NCBI RefSeq assembly: GCF_900095305.1
Contig: NZ_FMDO01000057.1
Span: forward strand, 18,473 to 42,472
Length of the DNA: 24,000 bases
DNA from: Proteiniborus sp. DW1
Lineage (GTDB): Bacteria; Bacillota; Clostridia; Tissierellales; Proteiniboraceae
Direction: 5' to 3'
This document shows, piece by piece, positions 15,210-24,000 of the stretch; the stretch's first letter is position 1, and each line of letters opens with the position of its first letter. Both the position numbers and the translations under genes were made by a program. The notes under the pieces were generated by a model, which worked only from the letters and a program-made list of their open reading frames with translations, ran no database searches and was not told the origin of the DNA.

Positions 15210-15449
15210 ATGTCTAAAAAAATTATATTTTCATTAGTCATTATTGTAGTGAATATATCAGTGCTTTACATTTCAAAAAACATTAACGCTTTTTCTATAT
15301 CTGCAGCATTAACGTCAATTATTACAGCTATAATAATTGCTCGTTTTCCTAAACTAATTGATTATAATAAAAAAAATAATCATTTTATTACTTTTATAAG
15401 TCTCATTATTATCAGCTGTTTGTTGTTAATGAGCACGTTCTTATTTTAA
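15210..15449 (+). CDS. hypothetical small membrane protein (about 3 TM), the only plus-strand gene
   Basis: 79-aa ORF with hydrophobic segments, an SD-like GATGGTGA 5 nt upstream, and its own promoter element. Confidence 0.5.
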   Translation: MSKKIIFSLVIIVVNISVLYISKNINAFSISAALTSIITAIIIARFPKLIDYNKKNNHFITFISLIIISCLLLMSTFLF

Positions 15450-15732
15450 GCATCTATTCATTTAATTGAATACTTTAAGATAAGTATAGGAGAGAGCATA
15501 GACTAAAAAATTCATTCTAAAGAAAGTATTAAGTTTGTCATTAATTAGCAGATAATAATTCACCATATTTGAAAGTAGTTAGTAATATTGTTTATTGAAG
15601 TGTTGAGTAAAGGGTATAAATTAGGACTATTGTACCAAATTTATATAAGACTTTTACTAACTCTACATAAAATAACTTTTCCCTTCCATATTTTTGTTTT
15701 TCATATAAAACATAGAAGTGATTAATATATGT

Positions 15733-15760
15733 AACAAAACAACCAAGTATCTCTACTTGG
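15733..15760 (-). terminator. probable terminator of the glpA-like operon
   Basis: In minus sense: CCAAGTA-GAGA-TACTTGG followed by TTGTTTTGTT. It lies ~130 nt after the stop at 15889. Confidence 0.5.
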
Positions 15761-15888
15761 CTGCAGTTATAAAATAAATACTATTTTACTTTCTGGATGT
15801 ATTATCTTATTAGTCTTATCTATTTGTATGGTTTGAATCTTTCCACACTTTATTTAACTACCATCTGTATTTATTTCCCCAAGTTCCT

Positions 15889-16257
15889 CTAATCCGAAAA
15901 TCGCTCCATACTTCTAGAAGCCACTAAGTCTACTCCTATACCTAATATATCTTTAACTATTACCTGCCCTACTTTTACAGGTGCTTCTACTTCAAGGGAA
16001 TTTATGAGTTCCATACATTTAAAGTTCATATCCTTTGGTATAGCTCCATTAGTCTTTACAGGAAGTCTATTTAGATGGGCATTGTTTATTTTAACAGTTG
16101 AGGTAATCACTCTAGTAGGATTTGTCATCTCTAGTATTCCATAACGCTCTCCTCTTTTGCATTGGTTTCCTGTGACTACATAGCCATCATGGCTTGTAGG
16201 GTCTTTGGTTATGGTTAGTCGGCATCCAATTGGACAAACTATGCAAATAGTTTCCAT
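15889..16257 (-). CDS. DUF1667 domain protein (third subunit of clostridial/archaeal-type G3P dehydrogenase module)
   Basis: 122 aa. CIVCPIGCRLTI...GNQCKRGERYG...PTRVITSTV matches DUF1667 as I remember it. It lies 4 nt downstream of the oxidoreductase gene. Confidence 0.85.
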   Translation of the reverse strand: METICIVCPIGCRLTITKDPTSHDGYVVTGNQCKRGERYGILEMTNPTRVITSTVKINNAHLNRLPVKTNGAIPKDMNFKCMELINSLEVEAPVKVGQVIVKDILGIGVDLVASRSMERFSD

Positions 16258-16261
16258 ACTA

Positions 16262-17521
16262 TTATTTCCCTCCTTCTAATTCTACAACTAAAGTCTCTGT
16301 AGCAGTATCTTTTAGGAGGCTAATATCTATGTTTACTCTCTCCATTTCTCCTGGAGTGAGGGTTCTCTTCTTAATTTTTCTAATTACTTTTTCACCTAGC
16401 TTCACATTCATGATTACATTAGAATATACATCATCTGACCTCATGAAAAGAGTTATAGCATTATCTAAGTTTTCTAGTCTTATTATCTGCGGTACTATAT
16501 ATCTGATTCCTCTCCCTGCTTTGGTGTGAATAAGTCTCTCTGATTTACTAAAGCCTTCTAATACATATTTGGCTGCATTTTTCCCTGCTCTACGTCCTTC
16601 TTCACTTACATAATCAACTAAATCATGAACATGAACTACATTGCCACAGGCAAATATCCCTTCTACTGTGGTTTCCATAGATTCATTTACTATGGGCCCT
16701 CCTGTTATGTTGTCAAGCTTTAGGTTTGCACTCTTTGAAAGCTCATTTTCAGGTATTAGCCCTACTGACAAAAGTAATGTGTCACATTCATAATATTTCT
16801 CCGTGCCTGGAATAGGTCTTCTATTTTCATCTACCTCTGATAATTGTATTCCTTCGATTCTATCTTTTCCATCTATTCTTGTTATAGTATGACTCAAGAA
16901 TAAAGGTATGTTATAATCATGAAGACATTGAACAATGTTTCTAGTTAGTCCTCCTGAATAAGGCATAAGCTCTGCTACTCCTATAACCTCTGCCCCTTCT
17001 AATGTAAGCCTTCTTGCCATTATAAGTCCAATATCTCCTGAACCTAGTATGAATATTTTCTCGCCAACCATATAACCTTCCATATTTATATACCTTTGAG
17101 CTGTTCCTGCAGTAAATATACCTGCAGGTCTTGTACCTGGAATATTTATAGCTCCCCTAGTTCGTTCTCTACAGCCCATTGAAAGTATTATTGATTTTGC
17201 CTTTATATTAATTAGCCCGTCCTTTGAGTTTATTGCACTAATAATCTTATCTTCAGAAATATTAAGTACCATGGTATCTAGCTTATATTCTATTTCAAGT
17301 TCTTCTACTTGGTCTATAAACCTTTCAGCATATTCAGGACCTGTAAGCTCTTCTTTAAATTCATGAAGTCCAAATCCATTATGAATACACTGCTGAAGTA
17401 TACCTCCAAGTTCTCTATCTCTTTCTATTATGAGAATATTATCTACTCCGCTCTTTTTAGCCTCTACTGCTGCTGCTAAGCCTGCTGGACCTCCTCCTAT
17501 AACTACAATATCGTAGTTCAC
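16262..17521 (-). CDS. NAD(P)/FAD-dependent pyridine nucleotide-disulfide-type oxidoreductase
   Basis: 419 aa with two Rossmann motifs: IVVIGGGPAGLAAA and IFILGSGDIGLIMA. Confidence 0.9.
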   Translation of the reverse strand: MNYDIVVIGGGPAGLAAAVEAKKSGVDNILIIERDRELGGILQQCIHNGFGLHEFKEELTGPEYAERFIDQVEELEIEYKLDTMVLNISEDKIISAINSKDGLINIKAKSIILSMGCRERTRGAINIPGTRPAGIFTAGTAQRYINMEGYMVGEKIFILGSGDIGLIMARRLTLEGAEVIGVAELMPYSGGLTRNIVQCLHDYNIPLFLSHTITRIDGKDRIEGIQLSEVDENRRPIPGTEKYYECDTLLLSVGLIPENELSKSANLKLDNITGGPIVNESMETTVEGIFACGNVVHVHDLVDYVSEEGRRAGKNAAKYVLEGFSKSERLIHTKAGRGIRYIVPQIIRLENLDNAITLFMRSDDVYSNVIMNVKLGEKVIRKIKKRTLTPGEMERVNIDISLLKDTATETLVVELEGGK

Positions 17522-17533
17522 ACCATCACCCCC

Positions 17534-18976
17534 TTACCTATTGCCTTTATTTGTCTTGCCTATCAATATATATGAATCTTCACTATCCTTCACAATTTCA
17601 TCCATATCCTTACTAAGCTCTCTAGCTAATATCTCAACTACCCTAGGTCCACAGAAGCCTCCCTGGCATCTTCCTGTTCCCGGTCTTGCTCTTCTTTTAA
17701 CTCCATCTACTGTAGTTGCACCTACATTTCTGTTGATAATATCTACTATTTCTCCTTCTGTAACGCTTTCGCATCTACATATTATCCTTCCAAATCTAGG
17801 GTCTTTTTTAATTAATTCAGCTTTTTCCTCATCACTTAGTTTGTTAAATCTAATAACTCTTCTTCTCCTTGGATTGAAGTTTTCTTTTTCCTTGAGTCCC
17901 CCTGCTATATCTTTCATTATGTCAACTACATACTCAGCTATAGCCGGTGAAGCGGATAGTCCAGGTGACTTAATACCAGCTACATTTATGAATCCCTTTG
18001 CGTCTTTGACTTCTCCAATTATAAAATCTCCAGTACTTGCCTCTGCTCTTAGACCTGAATATGTGGTTATAACCTTATTTACTGGAACAGTAGGAGCTGA
18101 CCTTCTAGCTACTTCCTTTATGTATTCTAGGTTTTCTGTAGCAGTTGAAGTGTCATCCTTATCTTGAATATCCTCTACATCAGGTCCTACTAATAGATTG
18201 CCATGGATTGTTGGAGTTATGAGTATACCCTTTCCTACACTTGAAGGACATTGAAATACTACTGTATTTACAAAATCTCCTTCGCTTCTATCTAGTACAA
18301 AGTATTGTCCCTTTCTAGGTTTTATCACAAAAGATTCTTTAGATACCATGTTATTTATTTTATCTGCATATACGCCTGCACAGTTTATTACATATTTAGA
18401 GTTTATCTCGCCTTTATTTGTAATTATCTTATAGCCTAAATCAGTTTTTTCAATATCCTGCACTTCATTATTTAATAGGATCTCTACTCCGTTATCTACT
18501 GCGTTTTCAGCTAATGCTATGGTTAATTCCCATGGACTAAGAATTCCACAGGTAGGTGCATATAAGGCTCCTTTTATTGTGTCGTTTAGATTAGGCTCCA
18601 TTTCTCTTACCTTGTTTCCGTCAATTATTTCTAGGCCCTTAATATTATTTTCTATTCCCCGCTTATATAGATCTTTTATAGTTTCCATATCATCATCGTC
18701 AAACCCTACAACAAATGAACCTATTCTTTCGAACTCAACATCTAGCTCTTCGCATATCTTATCAAACATGGGATTTCCCAGTGAATTGAATTTTGCCATA
18801 TTAGTCCCAGGCTTGGCATCATATCCAGCATGTATTATTGCACTATTAGCTTTAGATGCTCCATTAGATACATCATTTTCCTTATCAAGCAATGCTATTT
18901 TAAGCTCATATCTAGAAAGCTCTCGTGCAATAAAAGCTCCAATTATGCCAGCACCTATTATTGTGACATCATACAT
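17534..18976 (-). CDS. glpA: FAD-dependent glycerol-3-phosphate dehydrogenase/oxidase with C-terminal BFD-like [2Fe-2S] domain
   Basis: DVTIIGAGIIGAFIA FAD motif and C-terminal ICRCESVTEGEI...GTGRCQGGFCG. I place the start at ATG 18976 (MYDVTIIG), which has AAAGGGGTGA 5 nt upstream, rather than the track start at 19015. Confidence 0.88.
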   Translation of the reverse strand: MYDVTIIGAGIIGAFIARELSRYELKIALLDKENDVSNGASKANSAIIHAGYDAKPGTNMAKFNSLGNPMFDKICEELDVEFERIGSFVVGFDDDDMETIKDLYKRGIENNIKGLEIIDGNKVREMEPNLNDTIKGALYAPTCGILSPWELTIALAENAVDNGVEILLNNEVQDIEKTDLGYKIITNKGEINSKYVINCAGVYADKINNMVSKESFVIKPRKGQYFVLDRSEGDFVNTVVFQCPSSVGKGILITPTIHGNLLVGPDVEDIQDKDDTSTATENLEYIKEVARRSAPTVPVNKVITTYSGLRAEASTGDFIIGEVKDAKGFINVAGIKSPGLSASPAIAEYVVDIMKDIAGGLKEKENFNPRRRRVIRFNKLSDEEKAELIKKDPRFGRIICRCESVTEGEIVDIINRNVGATTVDGVKRRARPGTGRCQGGFCGPRVVEILARELSKDMDEIVKDSEDSYILIGKTNKGNR

Positions 18977-19082
18977 CTTTTTCACCCCTTTTGCTTTAAT
19001 AATAAAAAAATCCATATAGAAATCTCAAGAAGAGATCCTTCGCTACGCTCAGGATGACATCTGTTTTACTAATTCACAGTAG

Positions 19083-19136
19083 AAAAAAAGCCGCTCAAAT
19101 CTACCCCTATTCATCATAGGCATAGACTGTACGGCT
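19083..19136 (-). terminator. long imperfect hairpin plus U7 in the glpK-glpA intergenic leader; candidate GlpP-controlled terminator
   Basis: In minus sense: AGCCG...CCTAT-GATGA-ATAGG...CGGCT followed by TTTTTTT. It lies between the glpK stop (19206) and the glpA start (18976). Confidence 0.6.
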
Positions 19137-19205
19137 CTCTTGCTCTAGTCTTAATTATTATTATCTTTTATTGAATAGTCTCAAAAAAGAACTGATGGTC
19201 TAGAC

Positions 19206-20717
<1,512 letters not shown>

Positions 20718-20761
20718 TTATTTCAGTTTAGTTCTTATATGTCAAATATTCAAGTGTGTTT

Positions 20762-21094
20762 TTATAGGAAACAAGATAGGATAAATCCTCCTAAAGTGCC
20801 TCCTATTAATGCTACTATATAATTAACAGCGCCCTTTCCAAATTTGTCTCCACTAGCTACTGAAGCTGTAAATAATCCTATTCCTGCAGCCCAAGCCATG
20901 TCTATCCATGCACCTGTTTGATAAATCATACCCACACCATGATTTAATGTCCAAGCAAGACCAACTATAAATCCAGCTGCCATCCATCCGCCAATATTTC
21001 CCCAGTTTTCGCACATTTTGCCCCATAACAATCTAATTAGAAATGGGAATATAAAACCTCCTGCAAATGTAGCTATTGCTAACTTAACTGTCAT
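20762..21094 (-). CDS. small 3-4 TM membrane protein, paralog B of a tandem pair (putative glycerol uptake subunit)
   Basis: 110 aa. Shares GGW.A..I.G..W..NH..G.I...GA..DMA and the C-terminal L.GG..GGF with the upstream ORF. It sits between glpP and glpK. SD AAAAGGGGGG. Confidence 0.7.
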   Translation of the reverse strand: MTVKLAIATFAGGFIFPFLIRLLWGKMCENWGNIGGWMAAGFIVGLAWTLNHGVGMIYQTGAWIDMAWAAGIGLFTASVASGDKFGKGAVNYIVALIGGTLGGFILSCFL

Positions 21095-21155
21095 CCTTAG
21101 CCCCCCTTTTCATTATAATTTCATTTTGAAATTCAAGTAGTTAAATCTTAGCCCA

Positions 21156-21503
21156 TTATTTTGAAGCTAAATACTTTTCAAGCTTAGCAGCTGTAAAGCC
21201 ACCTACTATACCGCCCAAAAGAACTATTACTAAAGTTGGTAGTGCGTCTACAAATACCTGTCCCCCGTTCATGAATACATCTCTCATTGTACCTGCCATT
21301 CCGATGCCAACTGCCATATCTACAAATGCTCCATCGTTATTAATTAGTCCTAGTGAATGGTTCATAAACCACATAGTGCCTATTATAAGTAGTCCAGCAA
21401 ACCATCCCCCTGCAATTCCATAAGCACCGGCAAATGCTCCCCATACGCTCATGACAAACATACCTGCTATGGCAGTTCCTAGAATTGTACCTAAATGTTT
21501 CAT
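21156..21503 (-). CDS. small 3-4 TM membrane protein, paralog A of a tandem pair (putative glycerol uptake subunit)
   Basis: 115 aa with the same motifs as 20762..21094. SD AAGGGGG. Confidence 0.7.
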   Translation of the reverse strand: MKHLGTILGTAIAGMFVMSVWGAFAGAYGIAGGWFAGLLIIGTMWFMNHSLGLINNDGAFVDMAVGIGMAGTMRDVFMNGGQVFVDALPTLVIVLLGGIVGGFTAAKLEKYLASK

Positions 21504-21562
21504 AGTTACACCCCCTTATTTTTTTATATATACAACTAGGTCAATACCTAGGTTGTACCTCC

Positions 21563-22129
21563 TCACATATACCAAATCTCTTCCTTACTAGTAGATACAC
21601 CAATTGCACCAGACCTTAGGTTTTGGATTACATCATCTTTTTTACTTATTAATCCACCTGTAATCACAGGAATCTTAGTTTCACTGTGTATTGCCTTAGT
21701 TACTCTTGGCATAATTCCCGGTAGTATTTCAATAGCATCTGGTCTAGTGCTTCTTATGGACTTTATTCCAGTATCTAAGGATAGAGAATCTAATACAAAT
21801 AGTCTTTGTATTGCAAAAATATTCATTTCCTTTGCAGCCTTTACAATATTTCCTCTTGTGGTAATTATTCCATCTGGACCAATGTTCTCATTAATAAACC
21901 GTAGGGCTATGATATCCTTTGAAAAGCCTTCCATTAAGTCTATATGAACATAAATAAGCTTGTGATTTTCCTTTACTCTATCTACAATGCTTTTTATGTT
22001 AAATATGTCTCCAGCTAATAAAAAGATTATTTTACAAGGTGAGTTAATAGCAGCCTCTGCTTTATTCAGATCATTTATAGCTGCAACTATTGGATTATTA
22101 ATGATATTTTTAAAGAATCCATCCCACAT
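21563..22129 (-). CDS. glpP: glycerol-3-phosphate-responsive antiterminator GlpP
   Basis: 188 aa. The length, the TIM-like pattern (IIFLL.GDI...VHIDL..G...D...ILPG..P...PVI.GGLI) and the glp context match the GlpP family from memory. Confidence 0.85.
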   Translation of the reverse strand: MWDGFFKNIINNPIVAAINDLNKAEAAINSPCKIIFLLAGDIFNIKSIVDRVKENHKLIYVHIDLMEGFSKDIIALRFINENIGPDGIITTRGNIVKAAKEMNIFAIQRLFVLDSLSLDTGIKSIRSTRPDAIEILPGIMPRVTKAIHSETKIPVITGGLISKKDDVIQNLRSGAIGVSTSKEEIWYM

Positions 22130-22176
22130 TTAACACACCCCTCATCCATATGATTATTAATAGATGCTGGAGGTAG

Positions 22177-22575
22177 TCAGTTCCCAATCTTATTCATATA
22201 TTTTGCTTCCATTCCGGCTCTTAATATATCCTCCAAATCATTTGAAATACATGCCTGTATAGCTACTGCCAAGCTACCCTCTACTATTGGAGCATCGAGT
22301 ATAACTACCTTTCCCTTTATTTCCTCTGGCAGCATCTCTATTGCCATTTCAGAGCTCATTATGGAGCTTCCCATATCTGCCAATATGGCTACCCCATCAC
22401 CACTGTTGGCCTCTTCTATAGCCTCCATAATTAGAGTTGCATCTGTTCCTAATCTTCCATCTCTAGTGCCCCCAGCAGATATTATCTTAATGTCATCTCT
22501 TGCTACTTCCTTACATAACTCTACTATTCCAGTAGATATTTTGTTACTATGGGATACTACAACTATTCCAATCAT
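22177..22575 (-). CDS. dhaM: PTS-dependent dihydroxyacetone kinase phosphotransferase subunit DhaM (EIIA-Man-like domain only)
   Basis: 132 aa. Reads MIGIVVVSHS (phospho-His loop), GTDA..I..AIE and MGSS, collinear with the DhaM N-domain. Confidence 0.85.
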   Translation of the reverse strand: MIGIVVVSHSNKISTGIVELCKEVARDDIKIISAGGTRDGRLGTDATLIMEAIEEANSGDGVAILADMGSSIMSSEMAIEMLPEEIKGKVVILDAPIVEGSLAVAIQACISNDLEDILRAGMEAKYMNKIGN

Positions 22576-22585
22576 CTAAATCCTC

Positions 22586-23110
22586 CTACTGCTGAAGAAA
22601 ATCGATAATTGCCTTCATAAAACTTGGTAAATCCTTAGGAGTCCTAGATGTTATCATATTTCTATCTACAATCACTTCATCATCTATATAAGTAGCACCA
22701 GCATTTTCAATGTCGTCAATTATTGCATTTACACAGGTCATTTTATAGCCCTTAACTACCTTAGCTGATATGAAAACCCAACCTCCATGGCAGATTGTAG
22801 CTAATAACTTTCCTTCATCTGCAAACTCCTTAACTAAATCAAGTATGCCTTGACATCTTCTCAATTTATCTGGTGCCCAACCTCCCGGAACAATTATTCC
22901 ATCATAATCCTTTGATAAAATAGCATCATAATCTAAATCTACCTGTACTGTAGTTCCGTATTTTCCTGTGTATTTCTTTTGGCTTCCGCTGCCTACTATA
23001 TCAACATGGTATCCTTCCTCCCTTAACCTTATAGCTGGATACCAGAGCTCCAAGTCTTCATAGCCTTCTTCTGCTAATACCACTATCTTTTTCTTTCTAC
23101 CTGTCATCAT
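22586..23110 (-). CDS. DJ-1/PfpI family protein (class I glutamine amidotransferase-like; possible glyoxalase III / deglycase)
   Basis: 174 aa. Nucleophile elbow ATICHGGW, plus IIVPGGWAPD. Its ATG overlaps the dhaL stop (ATGA at 23107-23110). Confidence 0.88.
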   Translation of the reverse strand: MMTGRKKKIVVLAEEGYEDLELWYPAIRLREEGYHVDIVGSGSQKKYTGKYGTTVQVDLDYDAILSKDYDGIIVPGGWAPDKLRRCQGILDLVKEFADEGKLLATICHGGWVFISAKVVKGYKMTCVNAIIDDIENAGATYIDDEVIVDRNMITSRTPKDLPSFMKAIIDFLQQ

Positions 23111-23742
23111 CTTGCCTCCTTCAAAGTATCTGCTATTGTTTTTATGATAATATAGCTAGATGTAGCCCCAGGATCCTGATGTCCAATACTCCTCTCTCCT
23201 AGATAGCTAGCTCTACCTTTTCTTGCTAGAATTGTTTTTGTATACTCTGCTCCTTCCTTTGCAGCATTTTCGGCTTTTTCAAAGGCAATAATAATTTCTT
23301 CTCCATTCTCTATAGATTCCTTGAGCACTTCATAGGCTGGGATTAATGCATCAAGCATTGTTTTATCTCCCTTGTCAGCCTTGCCCCTAGACTTTATTCC
23401 CTGAATAGCTTCATACAGCATTTGAATTGTATCCTGTCTATCTATATAAACCTTCCCACTAACTACTGATGATGCCTTTAAAAAGGCTGTACCATATAGG
23501 GGGCCTGATGCCCCTCCTACAGTAGATATTAAAGTCATGGCTACTGTTTTTAGGATGGTTCCACAGTCCTTACCCTCCATTCCATCTAGCTTACTTAATA
23601 CTGCTGAAAAGCCCTTGCTCATGTTTATTCCATGGTCAGAATCTCCTATTGCAGTATCTAAGTCTGTCAAGTACTCCTTGTTTTCTTTTATTGCTCCTCC
23701 TATGTTTTTAATCAATGTCAGGAGCATATCTGATGTAATCAT
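23107..23742 (-). CDS. dhaL: dihydroxyacetone kinase ADP-binding subunit DhaL
   Basis: DLDTAIGDSDHGINMSKGF and GGASGPLYGTAF motifs. I place the start at ATG 23742 (MITSDML), which has GGGGGG 8 nt upstream, rather than the track start at 23787. Confidence 0.9.
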   Translation of the reverse strand: MITSDMLLTLIKNIGGAIKENKEYLTDLDTAIGDSDHGINMSKGFSAVLSKLDGMEGKDCGTILKTVAMTLISTVGGASGPLYGTAFLKASSVVSGKVYIDRQDTIQMLYEAIQGIKSRGKADKGDKTMLDALIPAYEVLKESIENGEEIIIAFEKAENAAKEGAEYTKTILARKGRASYLGERSIGHQDPGATSSYIIIKTIADTLKEAR

Positions 23743-23853
23743 AATTATTTCCCCCCGAGAACAATAGTTTGGACAGCAGTTAAACAATAGTCTAGAAGAA
23801 GTTTAGCAGTAGTTAATCAATCGTTACACTACCGTTAATCAGCTTTTAGAAAC

Positions 23854-24000
23854 CTATAATTGTCTAAATGCTGGTGTATCTGCACTTGCATCTAGTAATT
23901 CCTTTATTTCGTCATCTAGCTTAAGTACACTTATTGATGCTCCTGCCATTTCTATAGATGTCATGAAGTTGCCTACAAGAGCTTTATATACCTTTATTCC
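23854..24000 (-). CDS. dhaK: dihydroxyacetone kinase subunit DhaK, C-terminal 48 codons (gene continues beyond window end)
   Basis: My translation is GIKVYKALVGNFMTSIEMAGASISVLKLDDEIKELLDASADTPAFRQL*. The FMTS.EMAG.S...LKLDDE...LLDA...TPA pattern is the DhaK C-terminus. Confidence 0.85.
   Translation of the reverse strand, partial: GIKVYKALVGNFMTSIEMAGASISVLKLDDEIKELLDASADTPAFRQL

Noticed and set aside
18977-19015. N-terminal extensions of the glpA-like gene (MDFFIIKAKGVKK) and of dhaL (23743..23787, MFNCCPNYCSRGEII).
   Set aside because: In both cases an internal ATG has a strong, correctly spaced SD and yields the family-typical N-terminus (MYDVTIIGAG; MITSDML...).
17541-19057. Long plus-strand ORFs (17541..18167, 18519..19019, 18830..19057), plus similar ones at 82..303, 787..1257, 1826..2023, 2526..2811, 3488..3721, 8158..8666, 9609..9968, 16329..16529, 21747..21947, 22361..22579 and 23537..23767.
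   Set aside because: All lie antisense to minus-strand genes that have strong family signatures. Their products are Ser/Leu/Pro/Ile-rich low-complexity strings with no SD or motif. They are typical shadow ORFs of AT-rich coding DNA.
19022-19058. GC-rich string GTCATCCTGAGCGTAGCGAAGGATCTC (minus sense), which resembles short dispersed repeats I vaguely recall from anaerobe genomes.
   Set aside because: Only one copy is in this window and my recollection is not verifiable here. It is treated as part of the glpA leader hairpins; a genome-wide BLASTN would settle it.

Overview
AT-rich, Clostridia-like (low-GC Firmicutes) chromosomal segment. GC content was judged by eye, not computed. Every convincing gene except one small ORF is on the minus strand.

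Reading in the direction of transcription (right to left):
- 24000-15733: a glycerol/dihydroxyacetone catabolic super-locus. Order is dhaK (partial), dhaL, a DJ-1/PfpI gene, dhaM, glpP, two paralogous small membrane proteins where glpF would normally sit, and glpK. A terminator-containing leader follows, then a glpA-like G3P dehydrogenase, an FAD/NAD oxidoreductase and a DUF1667 protein.
- 15450-12743: a rearrangement scar bounded by two broken genes. It holds a lone plus-strand small membrane ORF, a 5' fragment of a TIM-barrel gene, and an ~800-bp cassette bracketed by 23-bp inverted repeats. The cassette carries an RNHCP zinc-ribbon gene behind a ~375-nt GC-enriched, hairpin-dense leader that sequesters its Shine-Dalgarno (SD). 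Downstream are a tiny ORF reachable only through an A AAA AAC slippery/homopolymer site, a 4-TM protein, a truncated YcxB-like protein and a GNAT 3' fragment.
- 12335-7464: a PRD/EIIA-containing regulator with ascorbate-family PTS IIB and IIC, then a PfkB kinase.
- 7409-6483: a TIGR01212-type radical SAM protein.
- 6244-3433: an operon of an orphan isoprenoid-synthase-fold protein, a tandem GNAT and another GNAT.
- 3275-1406: an ECF sigma / DUF4179 anti-sigma pair.
- 1187-1: a small membrane protein, a GNAT, and the N-terminal part of an APH(3')-like phosphotransferase.

I recognise no tRNA, rRNA, CRISPR array, transposase or integrase. The most novel-looking items are the IR-bracketed RNHCP cassette with its unclassified structured leader, the isoprenoid-synthase-like/GNAT operon, and the paired small membrane proteins replacing GlpF. 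All family calls come from motif recognition and memory; no database search was run.
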